Part shown: piece by piece, positions 49,552 to 51,333 of the stretch
Layout: every line of letters starts with the position of its first letter
How positions within the stretch are numbered: the first letter of the stretch is position 1
Origin: Macrostomum lignano
Lineage: Eukaryota
Reading direction: 5' to 3'
Length of the DNA stretch: 51,333 nt
Assembly (NCBI GenBank): GCA_002269645.1
Contig: NIVC01001243.1
Location: forward strand, 1-51,333
Position numbers and translations under genes: made by a program
Notes under the pieces: generated by a model
Seen by the model: only the letters and a program-made list of their open reading frames with translations
What the model was told of the DNA's origin: nothing
Databases searched by the model: none

Positions 49552-50165
49552 GACAATACAAATTATTAACTACTTTAATTTTTAAGGACTTGATCAGAAA
49601 AAAATTCACTGTAATTTTAGCCTGCAAATTTACAACGATTTCTTTCTAAGGCTCTAAACTCAACTAGCTCTCTAGCGGCTACGAACAACACTATACTATA
49701 CACTCGTCGTCATGCAATACAATATTTTTTCGTTGACTAGTTTTTAAAAACTAGTTTTAATTCTTTAAAAATAACAAAATTGTATAAAAAAGCAAATGCT
49801 AAAAAGCAATGAAAGTTAAAAAATTTTCAAAAAAATTAAACGAAATGTTTTTTTATATGCTTTACTTTGGATCCAAATTCTTTTTTAAAAATTACTGTTT
49901 TCTAACTCAAATCCTCGCGCGCCAACTCCAACGCGACACTCTGGATAGATCACTCCACTCTCGCCCATTTTCATTTATGGATGTTGATCTAAACTGAAAC
50001 TTGAAGGTAAAAAACACTGAAGTTACTGACTTGACTATAGGTCACATGGGCAAAAATTACGCAACTTGTGTGGTGTACAATGCTATAATTATATACTTTT
50101 TTTATTTAGACCTACAATACAATATGGCCTAATGGTGCCCTAACCCACTGACCAAGAGCAATGGC

Positions 50166-50455
50166 TAGAGTTCCAGCACTGGAACCCATTTTCTAATAGC
50201 TATGGATCGGGCAGTCTTCTGCAGGCAGTTATCTACTAATACTAATGACATCTTTGAACATTAGAAGTATCTTCTTTTGAATCTCATCATTTTGTTTTGA
50301 TCTCAGGCCCTATTTTGAACAAAATCTCAATATAAACCACCTGTCAAAAATTAAAATGTTTCTGCTATATTATACCCATAAACTGCACTACAGGAATACC
50401 ATTGCTAGATCCAAAGCCATTAAAAATGGGTTCCAATGCCAGAACTGGAACTCTA
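50166..50455. mobile_element. MITE with ~45-bp imperfect TIRs, TA at both ends
   Basis: TAGAGTTCCAGCACTGGAACCCATTTTCTAATAGCTATGGATC vs reverse complement of right end TAGAGTTCCAGTTCTGGCATTGGAACCCATTTTTAATGGCTTTGGATC. Confidence 0.7.
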
Positions 50456-50662
50456 AGTCTCGAGCCTTTGCCCTGACCAAGACCTGATAGGCCTATGAGA
50501 CCTACACCCTAGGCCCCTAGCCTAAACCTAGGCTAGTCAATGAGTCAAGCTAGGCATAATATTTTTAATAAAAAATAATGTATTCTTATAGTTATGCCTT
50601 CAGGTTGTTCTACAATTGGGTCCCATCATGTTTTTGAACTTTAAGCACTTGTAACTTTTGAA

Positions 50663-51320
50663 GGTGCGCAGTCATTTCGTCTGCCGCCTTTTCGTCTGCC
50701 GGCAGACAAAACGACTTTTTAAAATAAGTAGCAAAATAAGTTTTATAAATGGCTGAAATTAATTTATAGTTTATTTTTAATACTTATAATTTACTAGTAA
50801 TTTTCAGATTTAGAATTAGATGTAGTCTTTGTATTTTTTATTTTGCTTATCGCAATGTTTCCAAGAAATACAATTATTCGTATATAAGCTTTAATTGAAT
50901 CTACGTAGTGAGCTATGAATGGGATTTATAATTTGTGCGCGTGTAACCTACTTATAATAAGTAAAATAATTCCAACTCGACTAATTGCTTTTGAGCTTTG
51001 AAGCTTTGAGACGGTTAAGAGATAGTATGGCGTCTGCCATATCATGACGAAAATGCATTGAATTCGTTCAATTGCGTAGTTTAATAAATATAAAAAAATA
51101 TTTAGAAATTTACTCGTTTAAGTCATTACTACTAAGAAATGATCCCAATATCTTAGTCATTGTTATCTTAAATATCTCAAATCTCAAATTAATGACAACA
51201 ACTGACATATTTACACTTATTAAAACTTTATTGTTCGTTGGCAGACGAAACAACTGTATCGTATTCTTGCAGACGAAAGGGTGGCAGACGAACTGGCGGC
51301 AGACGAAACAACCGTCACGC
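50663..51320. mobile_element. Non-autonomous TIR element with subterminal TTCGTCTGCC repeats and 8-bp TSD
   Basis: Left GGTGCGCAGTCATTTCGTCTGCCGCC, right GGCGGCAGACGAAACAACCGTCACGC; CTTTTGAA at 50655-50662 and 51321-51328. Confidence 0.75.
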
Positions 51321-51333
51321 CTTTTGAACTAGG

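Overview
Eukaryotic (animal, probably invertebrate; style resembles a repeat-rich flatworm such as Macrostomum, but that is an unverified impression) genomic DNA with three spliced genes. (1) The last two exons of a + strand PMP22/claudin/TARP-like tetraspan membrane protein gene (~739-2083). (2) A complete 13-exon - strand axonemal outer-arm dynein gamma heavy chain gene, DNAH5/8 family (21083 to 2709; my exon model sums to 13,923 nt = 4,640 aa), with RFX X-box-like motifs upstream. (3) A complete 5-exon - strand CDC73/parafibromin gene (49551 to 22658; 693 aa). Its 131-nt exon 1 is absent from the ORF track, is AT-rich, and lies beyond a 22.7-kb first intron. Most larger introns hold their own minisatellite. 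The window also has two tRNA-derived SINEs with target-site duplications and several MITE-like elements. Most notable: a perfect 24-bp terminal inverted repeat pair with TA flanks (31197/48872) brackets 17.7 kb of CDC73 intron 1, including four satellite arrays (~13 kb). Two of these arrays share a core that reads as a spliceosomal branch point on the pre-mRNA strand. The giant Cys-rich ORFs at 32-41 kb are best explained as satellite artefacts. All coordinates and counts were read by eye.
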